A stretch of 64,000 nt of DNA from Octopus sinensis (taxonomy: Eukaryota): assembly GCF_006345805.1 (NCBI RefSeq), contig NC_042998.1, positions 23,808,001-23,872,000 on the forward strand, read 5' to 3'. Made by a program: the position numbers and the translations under genes. Below, in pieces: positions 39,697 to 52,410 of this stretch. The notes beneath the pieces are model-generated. The model saw only the letters and a program-made list of their open reading frames with translations. It was not told where the DNA came from and made no database searches. Position 1 is the stretch's first letter, and each line of letters opens with the position of its first letter.

Positions 39697-40654
39697 CATA
39701 AGGAAGAGCAACCAGCCATAGAAACCATGCCATAACAGACAATTGGTGCCTTGTGTTTCCTGGCTTCTGTCTTCCCAGCTTCCTAACTTCTCCGGCTTCC
39801 CAGCTTCTGCCAAAACATCCAACTCATGCCAGCACAGAAAACGAACGTTAAATACAAATACGAACACGGTGAGTGCATTAGCTAAATCTATTTCAATAAA
39901 TACTTTAACATCTGCGAAATGTGAACTGCTTATTTCATGTACACAGTTTCGTGACATACATCGTATGCCCTGTAAAAATAGGAACATCAAGAAATGTGTG
40001 ATCAAATATTTTCTTTAGTTGCCTACCTCTCCACCGTAGCTACCAAACATTAACAATATCTACACTAATTTTATCACTGATTAAATATATGGTATTTGAT
40101 ATTGTGAAATAGAAGACGACGAATCTATGAGCATTGCTGTCAAACTTATTCAACAAAGAGCGAATGATTAATTGAAAGCTGTGACACTGTGTTAATATTT
40201 ACTTCTGTTTACTGTAATTTCTCATAATTCCTCTCGACGCACCCAAAACTGTACAATTAAATTATTCAATAGCAAATTTTCCATTCACACACACACACAC
40301 ATACAAGCGTCGTGTCTGTGTGTGTGTGTGTATGCATACAAATGCACACATACAAACATACACACACTCACATGCACACACACACACACACACACAAACG
40401 TTGTGTGTGTATGCATACAAATGCACGCATACAAACATACACACACTCACATGCACACACACACACACACACACACAAACGTTGTGTGTGTATGCATACA
40501 AATGCACACATACAAACATACACACACTCACATGCACAGACACACACACACACACACACACACACACCACACACACACAGATATACCCTTTTCTTGTTTA
40601 TCACCTCTTTTTTCACTCACTACTTTTCTTTCTCATTCTCCCTGCACTTCTCTC

Positions 40655-40695
40655 CTTATTCTGATGAAGGATTAAAATCCAAAACGTTAAGACAC
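40655..40695 (+). ncRNA. Degenerate minimal hammerhead-like motif
   Basis: CTGATGA-A-GGAT taaa ATCC-AAAA-CGTT-AAG (GAAA mutated to AAAA). Confidence 0.4.
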
Positions 40696-41569
40696 TCTTT
40701 CCTATAAAGTATCAAAAAACTAATACCTTATTTGTTAAACCTTGGCCCTCCTGTGTTTGTTGTCTTTTTTTATTGTTCATTGTTTCTAAAAAGAGATTTA
40801 TTGGAATGGCATGGCTGTGTGGTTAGGGAGCTTGCTTCTTAGCTATATGGTTTCGAGTTCAGTCCCACTGCGTGGCACTTTGGGTAGGTGTCTTCCGCTA
40901 TAGCCCCGAGCTGACCGAAGCTTTGTGATTGAATTCGGCAGGCGGAAGTTACTGCTGTGTGTGTGTATATGTGTGTGTAGGTGCTTGTGCCTCTCTGAAA
41001 GAGAGAGAGAGGGGACCTGAGCTAAAACCTGAGCCAATTTTGAAGGTCTAAAAAGACCTAGATTTTTCTGAAACTCATACAGGTAACCTCCGACTCTTTT
41101 CATGGAAAGGGAATTTCAGAGAACCAAATGAAGAACTACTGAGCCTATCATTTATCTTTTACCTTTTACTTGCTTCAGTTATTAGACCGTGGCCGTGCTG
41201 GGGCACCACCTGGAAGAATTTTAGTTGAATGAATCAATGCCAGTGTTTTTTTTTACTTTTTTTTTGAGCTTAGTACTTATTTCATCGGTCTCTTTTTGCT
41301 GATCCACTAAGTTACAAGGATGTAAAAGCACCACGCCAGTTGTCAAGCAGTGGTGGGGGACAAACACACACACACGATGGGCTTTATTCAGTTTCCATCT
41401 TCCAAATCCACTCACACAATGCTTTGGTTGGCTTCATACTATATGTTTAACAGAAGACACATGCTCAAGGTGCCATGCAGTGGAACTGAACATTGAACCA
41501 TGTAGCTGGGAAGCAAACTTCTTACCACACATCCATGCTTGTACTTTGGGCATTATTACAATATACAAA

Positions 41570-42172
41570 GGCGACAAGCTGGCAGAATTGTTAGCACACC
41601 GGGCAAAATGCTTAGCGGTATTTCGTCTGCCATTACGTTCTGAGTTCAAATTCCACCAAGGTTGACTTTGCCTTTCATCCTTTCCGGGTCGATTAAATAA
41701 GTACCAGTTATGCACTGGGGTCGATGTAATCGTCTTAATCCGTTTGTCTGTCCTTGTTTGCCCCCTCTGTGTTTAGCCCCTTGTGGGTAGTAAAGAAATA
41801 GGTATTTCGTCCGTCTTTATGTTCTAAGTTCAAATTCCGCCAAGGTTGACTTTGCCTTTCATCCTTTCGGGGTCGATTAAATAAGTACCAGTTACGCACT
41901 GGGGTCGATGTAATCGACATAATCCGTTTGTCAGTCCTTGTTTGTCCCCTCTGTGTTTAGCCCCTTGTGGGTAGTAAAGAAATAGGTATTCCACCTGTCC
42001 TTATGTTCTGTGTTCAAATTCCAAAAGAGGTCGACTTTGCCGGGTTCATCCTTTTGGGGTCAATGAAATAAGTACCATTTGAGTACTGGGGTCGATGTAA
42101 TCGACTACCCCCCCCCATCACTCCCACATGCCTGAATTTCAGGCCTTGTGTCTATGGTAGAAGGGATTATTA
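41570..42172 (+). mobile_element. SINE family C trimer
   Basis: Units restart at GGTATT at 41801 and 41985 (184-bp period). Confidence 0.9.
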
Positions 42173-42287
42173 CAATATACATGGCAGGGGTGGGAAGTGG
42201 AGACAAATAATTCAAGCATGCCTGAGTGAAAGTCACATGAAAGTAGTCAAAAGGTTTTGAGAGGATAGAGACCATTATGTAATGTGT

Positions 42288-42590
42288 GGAGGCACATGGC
42301 CTAATGGTTAGAGCAGCAGACTCATGGTTGAGGGATCGTGGGTTCGAACCTCAGACCGAGTGATGTGTGTGTTTATGAGCAAAACACCAAAGCTCCACAC
42401 GGCTCCGGCAGAAGGTAATGGCAAACTTCTGCTGACTCTTTCGCCACAACTTTCTCTCACTCTTTCCTCCTGCATCTTGCCACTCACCTGCAATGGACCG
42501 GTGTCCTGACCAGGTGGGGAACCTATATGCCAAGGAAACTGGGAAACTGGCCCTTATGAGCTAGGCATGGCTCGAGAAGGAACAAACAAA
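42288..42590 (+). mobile_element. tRNA-derived SINE family E; second copy 44262-44541 on the minus strand
   Basis: TGGCCTAATGGTTAGAGC...GGGTTCGAACCTC head; shares AAAACACC.AAAGCTCCAC..GGCTCCGGCAG with family D; AAAC tail. Confidence 0.85.
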
Positions 42591-43117
42591 AAAAAAATAA
42601 CATTATGTAATGTGGCAGAAAAGGCAGAGAGAGAGAGGGTAGATGATATGTCTGTGGGTCAGGAGTCTGTTTGTAAATGGAAAAAACACATACAACAAAT
42701 GAAGAAATTACAAATTATTTCAGAAAGAAATTAAAACCTGTTTGATAATCATATTACTATGAAATGAATTTGTGATTATATTCAGCATTTTATCATTTAT
42801 AATTTTCCTTTTTTTCCTTTTACATTTATTTTTTTGTCTATTATAGTTATTTTTATTCATTTTCTTGTTAAAGATTAAAACTCAATTAGTGTTCCTGTAG
42901 TCTTATCAGTGTTTGTATACTGTAATGTATGACAGCTGTTCACAAAACAGATATTGTTTTATTCTGATACTTAGATAAACTGCAAACACTGTTTCTTTAC
43001 ACTATTAGTGTTGTTATTATTATTATTACTGTTGTTGTTATTATTGTTATTGTTATTATTATTATTGTTGTTGTTATTATTGTTATTATTATTGTTGTTG
43101 TTGTTGTTGTTATTAAA

Positions 43118-44110
43118 AAGGTGGTGAGCTGGCAGAATCATTAGCACACCAGGTGAAATGCTTAACGGTATTTTGTTTGCTGCTACGTCTGAGTTCAAAT
43201 TCCGCCGAGGTCAACTTTGCCTTTCATCCTTTCAGGGGTCGATTAAATAAGTACCAGTTACGCGCTGGGGTCGATATAATAAACTTAATCCGTTTGTCTG
43301 TCCTTGTTTGTCCTCTCTGTGTTAAGCCCTTTGTGGGTAGTAAAGAAATAGGTATTTCAGCTGCCGTTATGTTCTGAGTTCAAATTCCGCCGAGGTCAAC
43401 TTTGCCTTTCATCCTTTCAGGGGTCGATTAAATAAGTACCAGTTACACACTGGGGTTGATATAATTGACTTAATCCGTTTGCCTGTCCTTGTTTGTCCCC
43501 TCCGTGTTTAGCCTCTTGTGGGTAGTAAAGAAATGGGTATTTTGTTTGCCACTATGTTCTTAGTTCAAATTCCACTGAGGTTGGCTTTGCCTTTCATCCT
43601 TTCGGGGTCAATAAATTAAGTACCAGTTGTGTACTGGGGTCAATTTAATCAACTGCTCTTCCTCCCCCTAAATTCCAGGCCTTGTTCCAATAGTAGAAAG
43701 GGTTATTATCATTATTAAATAGGCAGTGAGCTTGCAGAAACGTTAGCACACTAGGCAAAATGCTTAGAGGTATTTTGTCTGTCTTTATGTTCTGAGTTCA
43801 AATTCTGGCGAGGGTGACTTTGCTTTTTATCCTTTCGGAGTGAATAAATTAAGTAACAGTTGCGTACTGGGGTCAATATAATTGACTGGCCCCCTCCCCC
43901 AAATTTCAGGTGCCTAGAGTAGAAGGAATTGCTTTAATTATCAAGGTTAGTTAGCATGCTGGGCAAAATGACCAGTGGCATTTCATCCAAGGTCAACTGT
44001 ACCTTTCATTCTTTCCAATAAAATATGTACCAGTGATGCACTGGGGTCGATAAGAACGACTTAGCCCATCTCTAAAAATTACTGGCTTTGTGCCAAAATT
44101 GAAATCATTA
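43118..44110 (+). mobile_element. SINE family C trimer (43118-43712) followed by two further C copies
   Basis: Restarts at 43351 and ~43536; new heads at ~43720 and ~43945. Confidence 0.85.
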
Positions 44111-44768
44111 TAGCAGCAAGTAAGCAGAATTATTAAAGTATCTTAAAAGAATTGTTCAGCAGCAATTCTTTTGGATTCTTTACATTCTTAGTTCACATGC
44201 AAGTAAGGCCAAATTTGCTTTACACCCTTTTTGGGATATACTGCAGTAATGTTTTGTTTGGTTTGTTTGTTCCTTCTTGAGCCATGCCTGGCACATAAGG
44301 GCCGGTTTCTCAGTTTCCTTGGCGTATAGGTTCCCCACCTGAACGTGATGCCAGTCTGTCGCAGGTGAGCTGCAAGATGCAGGAGGAAAGAGTCAGCAGA
44401 AGTTCCCCCTTAGCTTCTGCCAGAGCCGCGTAGAGCATAGGTGTTTCGCTCATAAACACACACATCGCCCGGTCTGAGATTCGAACCCGCAATCCCTCGA
44501 CCGCGAGTCCACTGCTCTAACCACTAAGCCATGTGCCTCCACAGTAATGCCACTGACTAATGCCTCTGGCCTTGAGCCAAAATTAGATAATGTTGTGTGG
44601 TTTGCTTGTTGCGTGTGTTGAGCTGGTCAATGATGGTATGTTTCGTTGGCTGTATAAATAATAACTAAAGTAAACTCACAAGCATTTAATTTGATATTTA
44701 TTGCCAGAAATAATGATATTTAGTGAAGGCTATTTACAATGAACAATATTAATAATTGCTGAATGGGG

Positions 44769-44806
<38 letters not shown>

Positions 44807-45629
44807 AAAACTGCTCTGAAAATATAGAAAGCTATCTGTGCGACATCATGCAGTCTGTTCAAAAAACACCCCTCAAGTCCACCTCTGAGGTGGCTTGTGG
44901 TATCAGCAGTCTGTTGGCTATCTGCTTGTCCAGAGGTGAAGAATGTGAATCGGTCAGCTCTCCTCAATGTTTTGTAATGAGCCAAACTGTTTTTATAGGG
45001 GACAAGAGGTTAAATTCTAAAACATTTGAGAAAACCATATCACACCACAGCTTCACACAGATTTACAGATCAATCATGTGAAACTGTGGTGGCTCCCTCA
45101 TGATGCCTAAGTGAGTATCTAGCAGTTAGGGTTTCAAACCCTGCTACAAAGGAATTATTATTATTATCATCATCAGGCTGTATTTAATTTTGTGTTACAG
45201 GATACAGAAAATTTTCATTTCATCAATTTTAATTTACAATATACATTTTTATGTAGGTATATGTGTGTATGCATATATTGTGCATGTTTCTGTATGTGTG
45301 TCTTTGTTTAGTCGAAAGCTAAAGCCATATTTTAAATGTGAACATTATCAGTAAATTTTCTGTATAGAACTATTTATTATTACCCTGATTATATACATAT
45401 ATATATATATCATCATCATCATCATCATCGTTTAACGTCCGTTTTCCGCGCTAGCACGGGTTGGACGGTTCGACCGGGGTCTGGGGAGCCTGGGGCTGAT
45501 CCAGGCTCCAGTCTGATCTGGCAGTGTTTCTACAGCTGGATGCCCTTCCTAACGCCAACCACTCCGCGAGTGTAGTGGGTGCTTTTTACGTGCCACCTGC
45601 ACAGGTGCCAGAGGGGTCTGGCATCGGAC

Positions 45630-45691
45630 ATTATATATATATACATACATATATACATTATATATATATATATACATACATACATACATAC

Positions 45692-45729
<38 letters not shown>

Positions 45730-45953
45730 CAGGAAATACTTATTATTTATTATTTATTATTACCCTGATTCTTTTCACATTTCATAAAAATTATATTTGG
45801 ATAATCTATATTAACAAATAATAAAAAAAGGATTGTACCTATATATATACACACACATATATACATACATGCATACATGCATACATACTTACATAAATAT
45901 ATATATATATCAGGAAATATATACATATCAGAATACATGTATATGAGTGTATG

Positions 45954-45984
<31 letters not shown>

Positions 45985-46037
45985 CAGGAAATATATACAT
46001 ATCAGAATATATGTATATGCGTGTATGTATGTATGTG

Positions 46038-46073
<36 letters not shown>

Positions 46074-46142
46074 GAAATATATACATATCAGAATACATGT
46101 ATATGCATGTATGTATGTATGTGTGTATATATATATATATAT
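45630..46142. repeat. TA-rich minisatellite with ATCAGGAAATATATACATATCAGAAT spacers
   Basis: Direct observation. Confidence 0.9.
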
Positions 46143-46554
46143 AAGAAAAGCAACAGAAAGAGAAACTGTACAAGAAGCAAAATGGCATATTCTTGCTGCT
46201 AGGAAGATAAATCTCAAGTGGTTGGAATCAATAGCAACTAAATAGTATGGTGTAGTGATATCTGCAACTCATCTGTGTGTGGGAGAATCTAATGTCGGTT
46301 GTTTTCTTTGTCATACTATATTCGAAATTATGTTCTCTGCCATTATACGTTCAATGTATGCATGTAGACATCATCACATATTCTTGCATTCATATAATCA
46401 CTCCTTCCCTTAGCTCTCTCTCTCTCTCTCCTTCTATCTCACTCTCTTACTCTCTCTCTCCCTCTCTCTTTCACTGTCTCTCACTACCTCTCTAGAACTC
46501 TAGATTGCTTCTTTAGTTATATATTTCCTTGTGAGTAAATATAGACATGCATGC

Positions 46555-46752
46555 AAACATATACATATATATATATATATATATATGAATCTTATACATA
46601 CACACACACATATATATATATATACATATACATATGTATGTATACATATACATATGTTTGTATATATATTTGTATATATATATATATATACATATGTTTG
46701 TATATATATATATGTATATATATATATGTTTGTGTATATATATATATGTTTG

Positions 46753-46784
<32 letters not shown>

Positions 46785-46872
46785 CATGTTTGTATATATA
46801 TATATGTATATTATATATATATATATATATGTTTGTATATATATATATATGTATATTATATATACATGTTTG

Positions 46873-46904
<32 letters not shown>

Positions 46905-46972
46905 CATGTTTATGTATATATATATATTCATGTTTGTATATATATATACATATATATATATATATACATGTT

Positions 46973-47020
<48 letters not shown>

Positions 47021-47055
47021 CATACATACGTATGTGTGTATAAATATACATACAT
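46555..47055. repeat. (TA)n minisatellite with CATGTTTG spacers
   Basis: Direct observation. Confidence 0.9.
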
Positions 47056-47700
47056 ATAGCCGGCCGCCAACACTTTTTCTCCGCAAAATAGGGGTAGCTT
47101 ATCCTGTTCAGGCTATAATATTAGCATTATCCTACATTGAGAATTTAAAACCACTTCTTTAACTTTCTAAGACATCTCAACGCTTCTAAAGCAAATTTCA
47201 TTTGTTTGTTTACGTTCATCGTAATTTGAATTATATATATATACATATATATATATATATACTTACACCCACCCACACATACACACACACATATATATAA
47301 ACATTTGTATATATATAGACACAAAAAGGATATTGAAGGCTTGAGGTTAAAAATGTACCAGCATTAATACATACATAAATTCTTATATAATTATGTATGC
47401 ATGGCATATTCATCTATATGTATGTGTGCATGTCTTTCTATTATATATATATATATATATACTCTTTTACTCTTTTACTTGTTTCAGTCATTTGACTGCG
47501 GCCATGCTGGAGCAGTGTCTTTAGTCGAGCAAATCGACCCTGGGACTTATTCTTTGTAAGCCCAGTACTTATTCTATCGGTCTCTTTTGCCAAACCGCTA
47601 AGTGACGGGGAAGTAAACACACCAGCATCTGTTATCAAGCAATGCTAGGGAGACAAACACAGACACACAAACACATACACACACATACATATATATATAT

Positions 47701-48917
47701 AATAATAATAATAATGAAATTATTGTATGCAGTGCTCAGGTGCACCACAACTTGTCAGAAAGTGCATATAAAGTACATGCAGTAATGTAGAAATGTCTGG
47801 AAAGTGAACATGCTTGTGTGTGTATGGAGGGGAGAAAATCAAGTGTAGTGTTGGCAAATCTCAGGAAGCATGGAAGTCTTGAAGGATGCAGTGCTCCGAC
47901 AACTAACAACCGATGCCGGCAGTTTGTTCCACGCTTCAGCAACTCTCAGCGTGAAAAAATGTTTCCTGAAGTCATGGGAGCTGTGCTGTTTTCTTACTTT
48001 GTAAATATGTCCACGGGTGTTAGATGGGTGGAGTTTGAAGAGGTGCTCAGTGTTATTGTTTGTGCGATGGTTGATAATTTTATGAGTGTCTGCCAGGTCA
48101 GCTGCCAGACGTCGGAGTTTCAATGTGTCCATGCCCAGGGAAGTAAGGCGTTCAGGATATGGCAAATGCCTGATGGAGGGTATTCTTTTGGTTGCACGTC
48201 GCTGAACAGCTTCCAGACGATTGATGTCCTGGGCAAGATAGGGGTTCCAGACCGGTGATGCAAATTCCAGGTGAGGTCTTACCATAGCTATATAAAGCCG
48301 CAGATAGATAGCCGGAGAGCGGCTCACAAAGGATTTGGTGAGTGATGCCAAGACACCCTCAGCCTTCTTGACAATTTTGGCGATGTGTTTTGTCCAACAC
48401 AAATCACTGTCGACAATAACACCCAGGTCACGTTCACTTGAAGACTTTTTGAGACTAGTGTTGTGGAAGGAGTAGGTGGACGCTGGGTTTCTCCTCCCAA
48501 AATGCTTGGTGGTACATTTGTCCACAGCCAGCTTGAGTTGCCAGTCCATGATCCACTGCTGCATTGTGTCCAGGTCTGCTTGCAATAGAGATCCATAGTG
48601 TATAGGATTTGACCTTTTTATTTCGAGGTACAGCTTGATGTCATCTGCATATTTCAGCACTGTGGCATTCTTTAAGTTGGCATCTATGTCATTAACATAT
48701 GCAACAAATAAAAGGGGGCCAAGAACAGATCCCTGCGGCACACCAGATGTCATCTCATAGGGCGAAGAGTGCTGTCCTAGAACTGTGACAACCTCTTTTC
48801 GGCCGAAAATAAAGGACTTTAACCAGTTATAGAGTTCGTCTCTTACACCCAACGCAGAAAGCTTCACCATAAGTCTTTTGTGTGGCACAGAGTTAAAAGC
48901 CTTAGCAAAGTCCAGGT
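47701..48917 (-). mobile_element. 5'-truncated CR1-group LINE with (ATT)n tail
   Basis: RT motifs LDFAKAFNSVPH, GVPQGSVLGPLLF, YADD; C-terminal HLEFASPVWNPY and FFTLRVAEAWNKLP. Confidence 0.95.
47839..48917 (-). CDS. Reverse transcriptase C-terminal ~360 aa of the CR1-group LINE (truncated, no own start codon)
   Basis: Part of ORF 47839..48969; the N-terminal residues of that listed ORF come from SINE B. Confidence 0.85.
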
Positions 48918-49103
48918 ATATATATATACGACAGGCTTCTTTCAGTTTCTGTCTACCAAATCTACTCACAAGGCATTGGTTGGCCCGAGGCTATAGCAGA
49001 AGACACTTGCCCAAGATGCCCCGCAGTGGGACTGAACCCAGAACCATGTGACTGGTAAACAAGCTACTTACCACACAGCCACTCCTGTGCCTATATATAT
49101 ATA

Positions 49104-49320
49104 AATTATAATTAAGGGTATCTAAAAGATACCATCATGCTAGAGATAGCAGTCAAAACTTGACTCTAAAACCACACCACATCAAATATTTATCCAGCAC
49201 CAGAAGAGAAGACAAAGAGACAAAATAAACTAGCAAATAATTTTTTGCTAGTTTTCAGAGTCAAGTTTTGACTGCTTTCTCTAGCATGATGGTATCTTCT
49301 AGCTACCCTTAATTATAATT
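49104..49320. repeat. ~68-bp inverted repeat plus inner AAACTAGCAAA/TTTGCTAGTTT hairpin
   Basis: 49104-49171 versus 49252-49320, few mismatches. Confidence 0.9.
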
Positions 49321-49489
49321 TTAATAATAATTATTACCTATGCTAGCCACTTGATATGATTAGTATTTTAAATAACGATCTTATTCTTATTTATATATAT
49401 TTTTTTTCCTCGTACTTTTTCCTTGTCCTTTTTTACCTTTCTTCTTCTACCTCCATTTTCCACTTGTGTCGAAACTTTCCTTCTCCTAT

Positions 49490-49524
49490 GTTTCCGACGA
49501 AGAGCTCCGCTTGAAACGTTAAAC
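49490..49524 (+). ncRNA. Minimal type I hammerhead-like motif in a Penelope-like fragment (~49400-49620)
   Basis: GTTT-CCGACGA-A-GAGC tcc GCTT-GAAA-CGTT-AAAC; stem I GUUU/AAAC, palindromic ACGU stem III. Confidence 0.55.
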
Positions 49525-50111
49525 CCTCCTTCTTTCCTGAGCGTCCAATAATACTATATTTGTTCCACGTCCTCGCGTTGTTGTGTTTTTTTTGTGCTTT
49601 CTTGTTTGGATTAACTTTATGTATATATATATGATGGGCTACTTTTAGTTTCTGTCTGCCAAAACCACTCACAAGGCTTTAGTTCACCAAAGGCTACAGT
49701 AGAAGACACTTACTCCAGGTGCCACATAGTCAGACTGAACCCGGAAGCATGTGGTCAGGAAGGAAAGCCTCCTACCACACAGCTACACCTGTGTCTGGTG
49801 TGTCTGTTGTGCTTGATACATATTTTTCATCATGCTACCTTGATAATTATGTTCGAACCTTACATGCAATCCTTGTATTTTCAAAAGAGAGTGGTGTAGT
49901 GAGTCAGTGATATCTTTCTGATGTCAAACTACTTAGAAATGTGATAAAAGCCGTATAATCTCAATACCATGTTTGAAACAAATATTCTTTTACAGTGCAA
50001 CGTTTCTTTTGTGGTTTAATATATATAAAATGATTAAGGTGGCTAGATGCTATTTAAAATCGAAAAGGAAAAATTCGACCATCACTATATATATATACAT
50101 ATAATATGGAC

Positions 50112-50805
50112 CCAGTCGGGGTGGCGCTGGCATCGGCCACGTTCGGATGGTGTTTTTTTTTTTTATGTGCCACCGGCACAGGTATCACAACTACTATTTC
50201 CATTGATATTTATTTCGATGTTCGAAGCAGCCTGGGTCTTTGCAGTTATGCTGTGACTGCAAAGACCCGGGCTGCTTCCTGCACCAGTTCCGCATAGCCC
50301 CTGCCCATTCAAAGTACCCTGGATCCCAGAACGTCCCGCTGTGCTTGAGGAGACCTGTTGAGTCAAGTACATGAACATCGAAATAAATAACAATGGAAAT
50401 AGTAGTTGTAATACCTGTGCCGGTGGCACATAAAAAACACCATCCGAACGTGGCCGATGCCAGCGCCACCCCGACTGGCTCTTGTGCCGGTGACACATAA
50501 AAAGCACCATCCGAACGTGGCCGTTGCCAGCGCCACCTTGGCTGGCTTCCGTGCCGGTGGCACGTTAAAAGCTCCAACCGATCGTGACCGATGCCGGACC
50601 CCCCTGGCACCTGTGCAGGTGGTATGTAAAAAGCACCCACTACACTCGCGGAGTGGTTGGTGTTAGGAAGGGCATCCAGCTGTAGAAACTCTGCCAGATC
50701 AGACTGGAGCCTGGTGCAGCCCCTGGCTTCCCAGACCCCGGTCGAACCGTCCAACCCGTGCTAGCGCGGAAAACGGACGTTAAACGATGATAATGATGAT
50801 GATGT
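50112..50805 (+). mobile_element. RTE LINE 3' end with 5' fold-back inversion
   Basis: 50112-50246 is an inverted, internally deleted copy of 50256-50478; ORF-end-like YAVTAKTRAA. Confidence 0.85.
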
Positions 50806-51172
50806 GTGTGTGTTCGTGTGTGTGTGGGTAGATGAAGAGGTGAAATAAGTAAGTAAATATAACTTTACTTTAATCCCAAAACGCGTATGTAGCGAATCTG
50901 AGTTGTGAAGATTCATTATTTTTTCTTTTTGCCTATATGAAAAAGTGTGTTACTATCTGGGAGATTTTTACAGTAGCAGAAAAGGAATTTAAACTCCTAT
51001 TTCTAAATTCGGTATGTGGTGAAGCAATTAGCTCACTTCTAATTATAATTATGTTTATAATTATAGATAATTTGGATAATTTTACCTAAATAGGTTATTT
51101 TAACATATTGATCTACTTAGTAAAATTATTAATTATTAATTAATTAACTGATTAATTAATTTTACCCATTTA

Positions 51173-51207
<35 letters not shown>

Positions 51208-51210
<3 letters not shown>

Positions 51211-51406
51211 TCTTGTTTCAGTCATTTGACTGCAGCCATGCTGGAGCACCGCCTTTAGTCGAGCAAATCGACCCCAGGACTTATTCTTTGTAAGCCCAGT
51301 ACTTATTGTATCGGTCTCTTTTGCCGAACCGCTAAGTGACGGGGACGTAAACACACCAGCATTGGTTGTCAAGCAATGCTAGGGGGACAAACACAGACAC
51401 ACAAAC

Positions 51407-51454
<48 letters not shown>

Positions 51455-51640
51455 TATATATATACACATATATATGACAGGCTTCTTTCAGTTTCCGTCT
51501 ACCAAATCCACTCACAAGGCATTGGTCGGCCTGGGGCTATAGCAGAAGACACTTGCCCAAGATGCCACGCAGTGGGACTGAACCCGGATCCATGTGGTTG
51601 GTTAGCAAGCTACTTACCACACAGCCACTCCTGCGCCATA
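51208..51640 (-). mobile_element. SINE family B
   Basis: Full-length match. Confidence 0.9.
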
Positions 51641-51711
51641 TTATTTATTATTAATATATATATATATAATATATATATATATATCTATATTATTATTATT
51701 AATATATATAT

Positions 51712-51817
<106 letters not shown>

Positions 51818-52162
51818 GTCATCCCATAGATAATGTGGTTTTTCAATTGCATGAACTATGTCAGAGGGGGACGAGCTGGCAGAAATGTTTGCACTCTGGG
51901 TGAAATGCTTAGCTGTATCTCATCTGCTACTATGTTCTGAGTTCGAATTCCACCAAGGTTGAATTTGCCTTTCATCCTTTCGGGGTTGATTAAATAAGTA
52001 CCAGTTACGCACTGGGGTCGATGTAATTGACTTGACCCCTTTGTCTGTCCTTGTTTGTCCCCTCTATGTTTAGCCCCTTGTGGGCAATAAGGAAATAAGA
52101 TAAACTACCTACATCAGCTTGCTATAAAAGCAGGTAGTAATTTTACCTTGTATTTATTCTTA

Positions 52163-52410
52163 GTGTAAGTTTTGGAGAGTGCAGTTCGATTTTAAGTTAT
52201 TTTTTCAAAGCTATAATGGAAGTGACAAAGTAGTATATTCAGTATATTTTGCTTTATAAGTTCAGTAAAGGCAACGACACAACAGAAAGTGCAAGTTTTG
52301 AAGAGTGCAGTTCGATTTTAGCAGTTACTTTTTTCAAAGCTATAATGGAAGTGACAAAGGAGCATATTTGGCATATTTTACTTTATGAGTTCAATAACGA
52401 CAGAAACTAC
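52163..52410 (+). pseudogene. Tandemly duplicated mariner transposase 5' fragment
   Basis: MEVTKEHIWHILLYEFN resembles mariner N-termini; two ~130-bp copies. Confidence 0.65.

Larger units (their letters stand above)
47461..49092 (-). mobile_element. SINE family B split by a CR1-group LINE inserted in its microsatellite
   Basis: 3' half at 47461-47700, 5' half at 48918-49092. Confidence 0.9.

Noticed and set aside
46500-47162. Long ORFs rich in Y/I/H/T/V/C/M (also 16-16.5, 22, 40.3, 45.9, 58.6 and 59.1 kb)
   Set aside because: Translations of TA/CA/CAT microsatellites, which lack stop codons in several frames.
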